53,957 nucleotides of DNA from Octopus bimaculoides (GCF_001194135.2 NC_068991.1:2107560-2161516), one strand, 5' to 3'. Shown: positions 37,424 to 48,975, counted from the stretch's first letter. Made by a program: numbers and translations. The notes: a model not told the origin generated them from the sequence alone.

Positions 37424-38032
37424 CTGCAAATAGAAGTTGGGTTAACTTTCAGGGTTCAATATTGCATACAACAGAACACACAAGATTCTACACTTATTCA
37501 AGTATATACACAAAAAAACAGAATTTTAAAGAAAGACGGAAAAAAAAAGAGCTCATGACATAATGTAGTCTTGTGGCCAGGTTGCAAAACAGGGATGTGT
37601 CAAAGAGATATTTGAAGAACTCCAGCATTTCCACAGACAACTGGGAAGAGAAGGCCGAGTGGAGCAATGAATGGCACCAATCACTAAATCTCATAATTCC
37701 AGCCAATAAGAAACAAAATAGTCCTCCACAGCAGAAGTGTTAGGGCCCCCACCCCTCCTAATGAAGAGGATTGGCCTGCAAGGATCCTGTACCAGTGTCA
37801 CATGAAAGGCACTCGTGCTGGTGGCACGTTAAAAGCACTCAGTGCACACTGTAAAAACGGTTGGCGCTAGGAAAGGCAGCCAACCACAGAAACCAAACCA
37901 AATCAGACTGGAACCTGTTTGCCAATTCTGGTCAAACTGTCCAACCCATGCCAGCATGGGAAATGGACATTAAAGGATGATGATGATGACACTCCATTCA
38001 CAGCAACTCAAGTACCAGACAGTTTTACTCAC

Positions 38033-38165
38033 CAAAATCTTTGTAAGTCCAAGACTGGAATGGTACCGTTTCAGTAACATCACCAGCCTGGTGTCGGTGT
38101 TCCTCCAGATTAAATAAACCTCGGTAGACGTCACACATGGCTTCCAGTTTATGGATCACCTTTTC
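38033..38165 (-). CDS. CINP: CINP-like penultimate exon
   Basis: taacag|GAA...G|gtgagt. Encodes EKVIHKLEAMCDVYRGLFNLEEHRHQAGDVTETVPFQSWTYKDF(E), resembling recalled human KMEKLSSTTKGICELENYHYGEESKRPPLFHTWPTTHFY. Confidence 0.82.
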
Positions 38166-38270
38166 CTGTTAAACACAAAGATTGCAGTCATCAGAAGAAG
38201 AAAGAATAATAATAATAATAATTATACACACACACACACACATTAATAGACACAAACACACACAGAAAGT

Positions 38271-38584
38271 NNNNNNNNNNNNNNNNNNNNNNNNNNNNNN
38301 NNNNNNNNNNNNNNNNNNNNNNNNNNNNNNNNNNNNNNNNNNNNNNNNNNNNNNNNNNNNNNNNNNNNNNNNNNNNNNNNNNNNNNNNNNNNNNNNNNNN
38401 NNNNNNNNNNNNNNNNNNNNNNNNNNNNNNNNNNNNNNNNNNNNNNNNNNNNNNNNNNNNNNNNNNNNNNNNNNNNNNNNNNNNNNNNNNNNNNNNNNNN
38501 NNNNNNNNNNNNNNNNNNNNNNNNNNNNNNNNNNNNNNNNNNNNNNNNNNNNNNNNNNNNNNNNNNNNNNNNNNNNNNNNNNNN
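38271..38584. other. Assembly gap, probably hiding a CINP internal exon
   Basis: N-run. The flanking exons have incompatible phases (2, then 0), and about 40 aa of the homolog are unaccounted for. Confidence 0.75.
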
Positions 38585-38615
38585 GAAAGAAAGAAAGAAA
38601 GAAAGGGAAGTTTAC

Positions 38616-38778
38616 ATGGCCTGTAGTTTGCAATTGGCTATTTTGCTCATGATGGCTGCCCCACTCAGGTTGAGGTTGTTCCACTTCAAGATGGCATTGT
38701 AGATATCAGCAGCACTGTCTTTGGTAACTCTTTCACTGCCAGTCAGATTGCCCTGGCTCGCTTTGACTGCCACTGGAC
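38616..38778 (-). CDS. CINP: CINP-like exon 2
   Basis: gtgcag|GT...AT|gtaaac. Encodes (S)PVAVKASQGNLTGSERVTKDSAADIYNAILKWNNLNLSGAAIMSKIANCKLQA, resembling recalled human CINP SARKIKDNAADWHNLILKWETLNDAGFTTANNIANLK. Confidence 0.85.
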
Positions 38779-39260
38779 CTGCACACAAAAAAAAATTAAA
38801 TAAAATTAAAAAAACATAATTAATACCGAGCAGAAAGAGTATTCTTTTCTACTCTAGGTACAAGGCCCGAAATTTGGGGGGAGGGGGGGGCAGTCGATTA
38901 GATCAACCCCAGTACATAACTGGTACTTAATTTATTGACCCCAAAAGGTGCCTTGGGGAAATTTCGAACCTGGGTGCTCATTCCTTATTATTATTATTCA
39001 GGTCATTGCCTGGAATCGAACTCGGAAAAGTGACTGATAGAATAAGTACAAGGCTTACAAAGGCGGTGCTCCAGCATGGCCGCAGTCAAATCACTGAAAC
39101 AAGTAGAAGAAATAGAATACAGTGAATGGTTATTGAGGTCCAACTGAGTAAAACCGGAACCGAAAGGGTTAAGAACCACTGATGTACACGACTGGTTAAA
39201 CCTCAGAACACCAGTAAAATATATTTCATACAAAATTCAAAAACGTTACGTCGCACTAAT

Positions 39261-39620
39261 TGATAGCTTCTGTTCCCTAGGTGACCAAATCAACAACGCC
39301 GGGGTGGGGTGTTCTAAAGGCGTAGTGGCGAGAATTAGAATAGGGTGGGGAAAGTTCAGGAAGCTATTAACTTTTCTGTAAACAAAACGTTAATTGTATG
39401 ATGCAAGGTAACGAGACGTGGGTGTTGAAGGCACAGGATGCGTGAAGGTTGGAAAGTAGCGGAGAATGATTCGCTCGTTTGTGTGCGAATGTGACAGAGA
39501 TGAACTGGAGAAAAAACTGAGGGAATATATAAGGATTCGGTAGCAGAGTGCATGAACGACGGCTATGTTGTTATGGACAGGTAATTAAAGCGTATGGGTG
39601 GTGACAGGTGGACGAAAAAG
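39261..39620 (+). mobile_element. RTE-like LINE fragment in CINP intron 1
   Basis: LGDQI..GVGCSKGVVARIRIGWGKFRKLL, plus a downstream trace of RR..LCCYGQV. Confidence 0.7.
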
Positions 39621-40059
39621 GTATTCTGTTTTTGGGTAAATGTTAGCTCGGCTACCTCAGTAGCGGAATGGTATCATTCGAACTCTAAAACAATGCGAAG
39701 CTCGTTGTGACCAGCGATGTAAACATCTTACGATACACAAGTGTGCCCCCCACCCGACTTTGTTTCCTCATAACTTTCAGAAAAATAGATATTTTTTAAT
39801 GAAATTTCTACAAATGCGCTTCAGATGGTGTAGATTCCGATTATATTAGAATTTGTTGAGGCACAATTGTGTAGGTATGTCTATACACACACACACATAT
39901 TACAGTATAAAAGTATATCGTGTATACGCTACGTGTGTGTGTGTGTGTGTGTGTGTGTGTAAGCGTGGGTGCGTGCGCGTATTTCTTACTAACTCCATAT
40001 GAAAATGGATTATATAAAGTCACATGTGTATATAAACACGAGAGAGAGAGATGTCTTAC

Positions 40060-40156
40060 TGGTCACAGGTGAAAATAAGTTCTGGAAAGAACTATGATCG
40101 AAAGAAATTTTCCTGCTAGACTGTTGTTCGTTATCTTTCTTCTTTTTCTTGGGCAT
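40060..40156 (-). CDS. CINP: CINP-like gene, probable first coding exon
   Basis: ATG at 40156 has an in-frame TAA 9 nt upstream. Encodes MPKKKKKDNEQQSSRKISFDHSSFQNLFSPVT and ends A|gtaaga (phase 1), matching the phase-1 acceptor of the next exon. Supported by splice logic only, not by homology. Confidence 0.65.
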
Positions 40157-42325
40157 CTTCGCTTAAAAGTGGATTTGGCACTACCAAATCTCTCTATATA
40201 CAAGAGGGACAACCAGACACCCACACACAGAAAGAAACAAAGTCTATCTCTGACAAACAAGAGACAACGAAGTCTCTCTAAGGCACACAGAAGAAAAGAA
40301 CGTCTCTGCTGGGTATCCTGATAATTAAAGGTCTTCTTTCTCCAGATTCTCACCAAATTATCGACAACAAACAAGAATCCTTCACCAAATGTTGACGTTG
40401 TCGTTTACCTCCCTTTTCTTCACACTTTCTCTTATATACACCTGTACATGCGTATATATATATATATCTTTATTATTATTATGTATAGATTTATAATTAA
40501 ATTAGCAACTTGGAGTATCTGTAGAGGATGTTGATGTGTCAAGAGGGCACGATTAATCCATACACACGCATGTATATTCCTATAAGCACACACATAACTA
40601 TATGTTTATTTCATACAACACACATTAAATCAGAAACGGACTTTTTAGTTGTTTGTGCAAAATTATGTGTAACACCGCTTTATGGAAAGTTGCAATTAGG
40701 TAGTGCTTTGTTGAAGTTCAATCTTCCTTATAAAATGACTTCATATCTCTACACACATACGTACATATATGTATATATATATATATGTTATTAACAGTAA
40801 CTTCGAAGTTTCGGCCAATTAACCCTTTGTCGGGCAAAATTTCCAAGTCTCATTCATGATTGTTTAAGAATGATGAATTTGTACTCTACAACATTTTAGA
40901 GTACTCCATCAGATTAATCTAAAATGTTTTTATTATAGGAGATGTACTAGCATAGCAAGTGACCTGATCTGAGACCGTGTGCCGGAACGAAAACAATTGC
41001 AGCGTGGAAGGTGTTTATAAGCCATTTAAAATAACACACAAAAACCGTCAGATTCACCTCAACATTTAAATTTAATTTGCCAAAATATTTTCGTGTCAGT
41101 GAACAGGTCGCGGTCTCCGGTTAACGAGGAAGCCCCTATGTAAGGTAGTTGGTCGACTTGCTAGAAATAGCAGTCTAATCTCTTTCAAATGACACCTTAT
41201 CGACTGAGGAAAAAGAAAATATTAGATAAAATATATTGCTGGGTGGCCACGGTTGGAATGCCGGCGAGGGAAAAAACTTCATTTTTTTTTTCAGTATTAC
41301 TATGTTTTATTCAACAATTGCGATTCTGAAGAATTCTTATTTTATTTTTACTCGTACCTCGTTCCCTTCGTAGAATTATAACTTTCAGCGACATTTATTC
41401 CAAAACTCCACAGGAATTCCTTTGATAAGGATTGCTTCGAACGAAACAATAACCCCCCAACCTCTACTCTACTAAGCCTCATTCATTTAAACTTCTGGAC
41501 ACATTGGACACGATTAAATATGACGGTCCCACAGAGAGGCGGGGGAAAGTCAGGATAATTAATATTAATATAGTTTAATACATTCTTAGAATACAGCAGA
41601 GATGGATAAAGAAATTATAATTTAGTTTTTACAGGAAGGAAAGAAGCACACAAAGAATAAAAGTATTGAAGATTGAATTATCGAGACGAAGAACAAAAAT
41701 CGACATTTATTTTTTTAATGTTTTCTTTAGTCGTCCTCATATAATTAAGATATCATTTATTTAGATATAATTAAAATATAAAAATAAAAACTTAAAAAGA
41801 AGCGTCGAAGTAAAACTTCGTAAGGCGCCAAAATTGAACATTTTATATATGCAGTTGTTATATAACCCCCGGTCGGTCCTGATTAAGCAGACTTATGAGC
41901 AAAGACATTAAAAAGCATTCCGACCGAGACCAACCAGTGTTGTTGGTTTTTAAGGATATGCAGGACTACATTAATCAACAAGTACTTGCTTTTAATTTAG
42001 ACGATAAGGTGTAACAAGAGGAAGATTTAGCTGTTGTTACAAGCATGTCGGAAGACCACGTAGTGTCTACCCCGTTGGTTTATATCTCAACAGTATGTAG
42101 ACCAAGTTGCTCGTCTCGTACGTATCAAGGAAACTGCAGTGTCAAGCGCCAAATATTATAAATTAATAAAAGCCACGTGCGTTTCCATTGTCAGTCCTAT
42201 TTGAACTCCTACAGCAGTAAGCCACAGATCGTTTTGTGTGTGTATGTGTGGGCTTGAGGGGGTGCCCGCTACACATATAGGTACAGGTTACAAGGAGCTG
42301 GTCGAAGGAGGTGACTTGAACTGAA
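40157..42325. promoter_or_regulatory. Divergent intergenic region (5' UTRs and promoters of CINP and PPAT)
   Basis: Lies between two start codons facing away from each other. Contains CACGTG at 42174-42179. Transcription start sites cannot be located from sequence. Confidence 0.6.
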
Positions 42326-42492
42326 ATGTGTACGAATGAGAAATTCTTTATTCCTGATGACGAAAGTGGATTGGAAGAAGCTTGTGGTGTCTTTGGTTGC
42401 GTTGCCAGTGGCGAATGGCCTCAACCACCGAAAACAACCGATTTGGATGTCCCCCACATTATATGCTTGGGTCTGGTCGGTCTTCAACATCG
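42326..42492 (+). CDS. PPAT: Amidophosphoribosyltransferase exon 1 (propeptide plus catalytic N-terminal nucleophile Cys)
   Basis: Translates [55 protein letters not shown](R) and ends in CG|gtaaat (phase 2). Matches the metazoan PPAT N-terminus as I recall it ([34 protein letters not shown]). This frame is not in the ORF track. Confidence 0.95.
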
Positions 42493-42550
42493 GTAAATAT
42501 TTTATTTTCTCCATCTAAAGTTGACATATACACACACACACACATACATA

Positions 42551-42588
42551 TATGTAATGTAACTACCCTAAACTATACAAACTTCACA

Positions 42589-42632
<44 letters not shown>

Positions 42633-42668
42633 TGAAGTTTGTATAGTTTAGGGTAGTTACATTGCATA
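42551..42668. repeat. Near-perfect 118-bp palindrome centred on (TA)n
   Basis: Arms of about 43 bp differ by one substitution and one 2-nt indel. Confidence 0.93.
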
Positions 42669-42748
42669 CAGGGTTCTAACTATGGTGTCTAATTTCACGC
42701 CGCGACTATAGTTATATATTATTTATAACTCACGTTGTACAGGGATTA

Positions 42749-42810
<62 letters not shown>

Positions 42811-43386
42811 GGGGCGGCTGATTAACTGGTCTACATTTAAGCGTGTGCTTCTTCACCTCCAGATTTGTTTTTCTACAAACGTTTCCATATATATATATAG
42901 AGATATATACATGCATACATACATACATACATATATATGTACATTTCTATATGTTGATTTTGATTCTGAAAAGTTCGATAAGCTCGTTTCTATTCTCCGA
43001 TATAGTAAATTTATAAAACAACAACCTGATATAATATTAGCAAAAAACTTTTAATATATTAATTTTACCTTTATTCATATTTTACTTATATTTATATCGC
43101 ACTTCTCCGAGTCTCCTTCCATTCTAGTTTAATATGAGACATATTCAGAACACTATTTCAGAAAACTATCTCCGTTCTCTTTGAGCATATAAAAGACAAA
43201 TTTAGATGGGGCAAAATGAGTAAGACACGATAAAGTAAATTTGCTTTTTCAGTTCTCTAGAATTCCTTTCAGGAAAAGATTTATACTCGTCAATATCGAT
43301 CCCTAGAGATTAGAAAGATCAGAAATGCCATAAAAATTTTAAATATCTAGATCAAATGGAAAAATGGGGTCGGTATAAAGACCTTC

Positions 43387-44276
43387 NNNNNNNNNNNNNN
43401 NNNNNNNNNNNNNNNNNNNNNNNNNNNNNNNNNNNNNNNNNNNNNNNNNNNNNNNNNNNNNNNNNNNNNNNNNNNNNNNNNNNNNNNNNNNNNNNNNNNN
43501 NNNNNNNNNNNNNNNNNNNNNNNNNNNNNNNNNNNNNNNNNNNNNNNNNNNNNNNNNNNNNNNNNNNNNNNNNNNNNNNNNNNNNNNNNNNNNNNNNNNN
43601 NNNNNNNNNNNNNNNNNNNNNNNNNNNNNNNNNNNNNNNNNNNNNNNNNNNNNNNNNNNNNNNNNNNNNNNNNNNNNNNNNNNNNNNNNNNNNNNNNNNN
43701 NNNNNNNNNNNNNNNNNNNNNNNNNNNNNNNNNNNNNNNNNNNNNNNNNNNNNNNNNNNNNNNNNNNNNNNNNNNNNNNNNNNNNNNNNNNNNNNNNNNN
43801 NNNNNNNNNNNNNNNNNNNNNNNNNNNNNNNNNNNNNNNNNNNNNNNNNNNNNNNNNNNNNNNNNNNNNNNNNNNNNNNNNNNNNNNNNNNNNNNNNNNN
43901 NNNNNNNNNNNNNNNNNNNNNNNNNNNNNNNNNNNNNNNNNNNNNNNNNNNNNNNNNNNNNNNNNNNNNNNNNNNNNNNNNNNNNNNNNNNNNNNNNNNN
44001 NNNNNNNNNNNNNNNNNNNNNNNNNNNNNNNNNNNNNNNNNNNNNNNNNNNNNNNNNNNNNNNNNNNNNNNNNNNNNNNNNNNNNNNNNNNNNNNNNNNN
44101 NNNNNNNNNNNNNNNNNNNNNNNNNNNNNNNNNNNNNNNNNNNNNNNNNNNNNNNNNNNNNNNNNNNNNNNNNNNNNNNNNNNNNNNNNNNNNNNNNNNN
44201 NNNNNNNNNNNNNNNNNNNNNNNNNNNNNNNNNNNNNNNNNNNNNNNNNNNNNNNNNNNNNNNNNNNNNNNNNNNN
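43387..44276. other. Assembly gap, probably hiding PPAT exon 2
   Basis: N-run. Exon 1 ends in phase 2 and exon 3 starts in phase 1, and I could not find the GQESAG segment in the sequenced intron. Confidence 0.85.
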
Positions 44277-44960
44277 ATATATATATATATATATATACAC
44301 ACACATACACACACACATGATGATGATGTCTGTCCACTTGTGACTGAGGCAGACTATCACTGGGCAAGCCTAGTGGGAGTTGAAGGAAAGTTTAATCACC
44401 AACGACCCAACCATGCAACTGTAGCATATTGCCAATAGCATCATGAGAGACCTCGCAATTGCCCTGACATACAAATTATAAATGCACACACAGTGACCCT
44501 GTTGGTCAAATGGGCACTATAAAATTGAGTCTATCATCAATGTTTATCCGAAAGAAAGACCACCAAACATGGGCTGATGCAGCTTGGCACCGGTGTCTTT
44601 GTAGACATTGCTGTTGGAACACATACCTCTTGGCATCATCTCTCGCAACCCTCAAAAAGTTCCACCAATACATTACTCTGAAATGGTTCTTTTTTACTGA
44701 TGATGAAAGGATAAATGGTAAAGTTGACCATGACAGGATTTGATCTCTGAGTGAAGAGAATCAGGAGAAATACTGCAAGCATTATATCCAACATTTTAAG
44801 AATTTTGCCATTTTGCTACCATCTTTATCATTTAGAATCCTTCTAGCCCAGCTCTTTCCTGCCCCATGCCTCACTATTATCTACTATCATTACTATACAA
44901 TGTATTTAAAAAAACCACTGTTGACCGAGCCAAATCTCTACGATTGTGTTTCTTCACCAG

Positions 44961-45094
44961 GCCATACACGTTATTCCACCGCTGGATCTTCTAACATCAT
45001 CAATTGTCAACCTTTTGTGGTTGACACATTACACGGAAAGATTGGTGTGGCGCACAACGGAGAATTGGTTAATGCCAAGTCTCTCAGACAGAAG
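44961..45094 (+). CDS. PPAT: PPAT exon 3
   Basis: caccag|GC...AAG|gtaagt. Encodes (G)[44 protein letters not shown], with the HTRYST and AHNGELVN motifs of class II glutamine amidotransferases. Confidence 0.96.
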
Positions 45095-45194
45095 GTAAGT
45101 CACTTAGCAGCTCAACAAATAGACACAAATTTAGTACCTATAAATAAATAATCTTGTATAGGTGCATGTATAAAACTGTGTAAATATTTTGCAG

Positions 45195-45307
45195 TTGCTT
45201 AGGCATGGAGTGGGTCTTTCTACCAGCACGGACAGTGAACTAATAACACAAGTTCTTACACACACACCACAGGAAGGAGAACCAAATGGATGTAACTGGA
45301 TCATAAG
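45195..45307 (+). CDS. PPAT: PPAT exon 4
   Basis: ttgcag|TTG...AG|gtacaa. Encodes LLRHGVGLSTSTDSELITQVLTHTPQEGEPNGCNWII(R) (TDSE motif). Phases match the neighbouring exons. Confidence 0.93.
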
Positions 45308-45973
45308 GTACAATTTATACTTAACCATCATCATCATCATCATCCTCATCATCATTGCTCTCACCACTACTATCACCATCATCATTATCATCAATGTTGT
45401 CATCATCCATATACGTGACATGTACCACCCCTTGGTACCTATATAAAGAAAGGACAAAAGGCTACATTCGGTGAACTGTATCCATCTCATGACACCTGTT
45501 TACAGCCAGGTTAACTGATTACATATCATTAACTGCACCACCACATGATACCTATTTATAGTTTTATGGAGAAGATAGATATAGCAACTACAATTATAAT
45601 TGTCATCATTTTACCTCTGCTTTTCCATGCTGGCTTAGGTTAGACAGGACATTGCTGTCCAAATATCAGCTCTCATTTGGAATGTTGCTATCCTCCTCGA
45701 CAGGTTGGCGATCACATCTTACTCCTACAGGGTGCGACAAAAATGATACCCACATTCATCATTCTTGATAAATGCTTCAACAGCAAATGCCTCAATCCAA
45801 ACCATGATGCTAACTGAAGAAAAAAAAGAAAAAGAAACAGTAAAACATCAGCTAATCAAAGACACCATTACCATCTGCTTAACTTCATTAGTGCCTCACC
45901 ATTGTTGATGTGTGTTTGTTGTTGTTGTAATCGCTATAATGATAAATAAACGACTGCCTTGTATATTCTCAAG

Positions 45974-46110
45974 GATAAAGAATCTCATGAATATCACCAG
46001 CATATCGTATTCTCTGCTAATTATGCATAAGTCAAAGATCTATGCTGTTCGAGATCCTTTTGGGAACCGTCCACTTTGTATTGGTCAGCTGCAATCAATC
46101 AACACCACAG
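45974..46110 (+). CDS. PPAT: PPAT exon 5
   Basis: ctcaag|G...G|gtaagt. Encodes [45 protein letters not shown] (RDPFGNRPL motif). Confidence 0.94.
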
Positions 46111-46843
46111 GTAAGTCACAACATGGCCCAGTGTGCCATTTCGTTTTTTTGTTTTGTTTATCTTTTACTTGTTTCCGTCATGAGACTGTGGCCATGCTGG
46201 GGCATCACCTTGAAGAATTTTTAGTCAAACAAATCGAACCCTTTATTTATTTTTAAGTTTGGTACTTATTCTCTTGCCATTCTACCACTCGTAGAATTTC
46301 TTTGGTGTCTATATATTCCACGAGACCAAGAATCTGCACCAAAAAGTCTCACTTCAGTGTCTGTGTGTAGAATGGAATGAGATGACATTGAAGAGTGTAG
46401 GCTTGAGTAAGATTGTATGAAACACCAGTAATAACTCCTTCAGCAAGTCTCTCCTCTCCACACTACCAATGCTGTCCAAAGAAACAGTAGAGCTCAGCAC
46501 TGTTGCTGTTGCAGAAGTTGCCAGAATAAAGTCAAAGGCAAAATCAGACTTTGGAATTCTTAGATCCTGGTTTGTAACGGATTGCACTGGTAACTTTATT
46601 TTTTAATGGATCCTGGAAGGTTGAAAGGTAGAGTTGACTTAGGCAGAATTTGAACTCAGAATGTATAGACTCTGCCGGTTCTCCACCTTAATGATGATGA
46701 TGATGTATATATAATAATAATAATACTCGATTTTTTTTAACGTCCACTTTCCGTGCACCAGGCTCAATCTGATCTCAAGTTTATAAATCTGAAATTATTC
46801 TTAAATCAATATTCTTGATTTTTTTTTTTTTTATAATCTTTAG

Positions 46844-46939
46844 ATGAAGTTTATAAACAGATCGATGGTTGGCTGGTTTCTTCAGAATCCTGTTCATTCC
46901 AAGCTGTTGGTGCCAAATATATCCGAGAAGTTTTACCAG
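46844..46939 (+). CDS. PPAT: PPAT exon 6
   Basis: Poly-T tract, then tttag|AT...G|gtaagt. Encodes (D)[31 protein letters not shown](G) (VSSESC and EVxPGE motifs). Confidence 0.92.
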
Positions 46940-47783
46940 GTAAGTTTTCACCATTTTGCCTTCACATCTGTATCGTAAAATCCTTTCTCAATATAAATAC
47001 AGTAACGAAAGGGTTACACTTAATGTCAGTAGCCATCCCTTAGTTTATGAAAAAAATACAAAAATCCTTGTATACAACTGTGTGTTTCACAGTTTCATCA
47101 ACGCAATGTTTGGCTGTTGTGTGCATGCTCACATGTCCAAGATAGGAAGCTTCATACTAGGGAGAGAGAGCACTGTTGTTCACGTAGTGCTGGGTGAAAA
47201 GTAGTGTTTCTTTTTGACTCAGCATGTGTTGTGCTTAAAAACGTCTTTATATTCTTGAATCTGATAAAGTGTAGCATTGGATGATTATCCTGCTTCCAGT
47301 TTCAGTGTTGCTGCCAGGATTTCATCCCTTATTTTGTGATTTAGGGGGGATTTTTGAAAAACAAGGGGAAATGTTTGTTTCCTTTTACACTAATTTTATC
47401 TATGAGCTGCCATTGTGCTCCATGCCCTGAATATGTTGGTACATGACATTATAAACATGATTTGAACCAAAAATGCAACCGATCGACCGATATGCCTTGT
47501 TGTACTCCACAACGAGATTTAATGCATACGATATACATAAAACGACTTTGTAGGCTCTCTTTATTGTGTACCAACTGTAGAATATGGCTGCATTGTGAAT
47601 GAGCAGACACCATAAGGTCAAGCGGACCCTACATTGTCTACCTTGGAATACATTATCTAATGTGTCTTTCTCTGAAACAGAGGAAAGTGATATAAAGGAG
47701 AGAGAGCAGAGTAGTGATGAAATGAATTCTCAATTGTGAATAAATAAATTCTATTAAAATATTTTTGTCTTCCATCTCTGCAG

Positions 47784-47912
47784 GTGAAATAGTTGAGATT
47801 AGTCAAGCTGGAGTCAAGTCCCTCTGTCAAGTTCCTTGCCCTGGCAACAAACAGTCTGCTTTCTGCATATTTGAATATGTATATTTTGCACGGCCAGACA
47901 GTATTATGGAAG
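47784..47912 (+). CDS. PPAT: PPAT exon 7
   Basis: ctgcag|GT...G|gtttga. Encodes (G)[42 protein letters not shown](G); [13 protein letters not shown] includes an Fe-S ligand Cys. Confidence 0.96.
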
Positions 47913-48943
47913 GTTTGATATGAATTATTTAAATTTATGCATGAATAATAAATAAATTAATATTTCTGTGTATATATATATTTATGTGTGTGCCTTGGTA
48001 GATAGAAACTGGGAGCTTATCGTATGCAAGTGTGTGTGTGTGTCTGTGTGTTTTGTTCCTTCACTACTTGACAACCCTTGTTGCTTTGTTTACATCCCTG
48101 TAACTTAGCAGTTCAGCAAAAAAGGTCGATATAGCACTAGACTTCAAAATAAGCTAAACTCTTCATGATTGAAACAAGCAAATGATGATGATATATTTAG
48201 GTTTTAAAAAAAAAAAGAGAAGAAAAAATTCCAGGGTGGGAGCCGTGGTTGTCTGCATTGATGAAAATTGCATTTATTGGTAAAGTTTAATGCTTTTTGG
48301 GGTTGTATGCAGTTCAAAGGAGGAATTCTTGATTCTGAGGCCAAGTTCCTTCTTCAGAAAGGAGAAATGATGTTTCATCTTTAGTTCATGAGATTTAATT
48401 GTCAAGTTGTCAAAATAATGGTTAGGAAGAGAATTTGGGAGAAAGTGGGGTTGTCTTTTGGGCCTAGTAAGTGATTTCCACAAGAAGTTTGTGTGTGTGA
48501 ATACTGCTACTGACAAATATACAGACAGTGGGAGCACAATTACACACACGAGTGTACATGGGATTAAATATATACACATGGACAATGAAAGCTGTGATTC
48601 TATATTGCATGTTCTTACTCGTACACGTCCTGATACTTAAAATAGGTTTAAAATGAAATTCATCATTACCATCATCGTCGTTTAACATCCACTTTCCATG
48701 TTGGCATGGGTTGGACGGTTTGACTGATGACTGGTGAGCCAAAAGGCTGCACCAGGCTCCAAGAGTTTTAGACTACTCTTTTCCCACCCCACAGCACCTT
48801 TGGTGCCATGTAAACAAACTAAATGAGTCTCTTATTAACAACTCATCTGAGACACTCCCTGTTACCAAATCGTCCAAGACGTCGACCGCCTTTGGTCCCA
48901 GCCCATCTGACACCACCTCTTGTCCATTGGCAATGCTGGAATG

Positions 48944-48975
<32 letters not shown>

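Noticed and set aside
39145-39175. TTAA-CCCTTT piggyBac-like end (also near 40818)
   Set aside because: No matching opposite terminus or transposase trace.
40063-40374. 103-aa minus-strand and 75-aa plus-strand ORFs in the track
   Set aside because: Off-frame or antisense to the better-supported CINP first exon (ATG at 40156 with a phase-compatible donor).
36700-42325. PAICS next to PPAT
   Set aside because: No SAICAR synthetase or AIR carboxylase motifs were found; the upstream neighbour is CINP-like.
42353-42366. CTGATGACGAAAG resembling a hammerhead core
   Set aside because: It lies inside PPAT coding sequence (PDDES) and lacks stems II and III.
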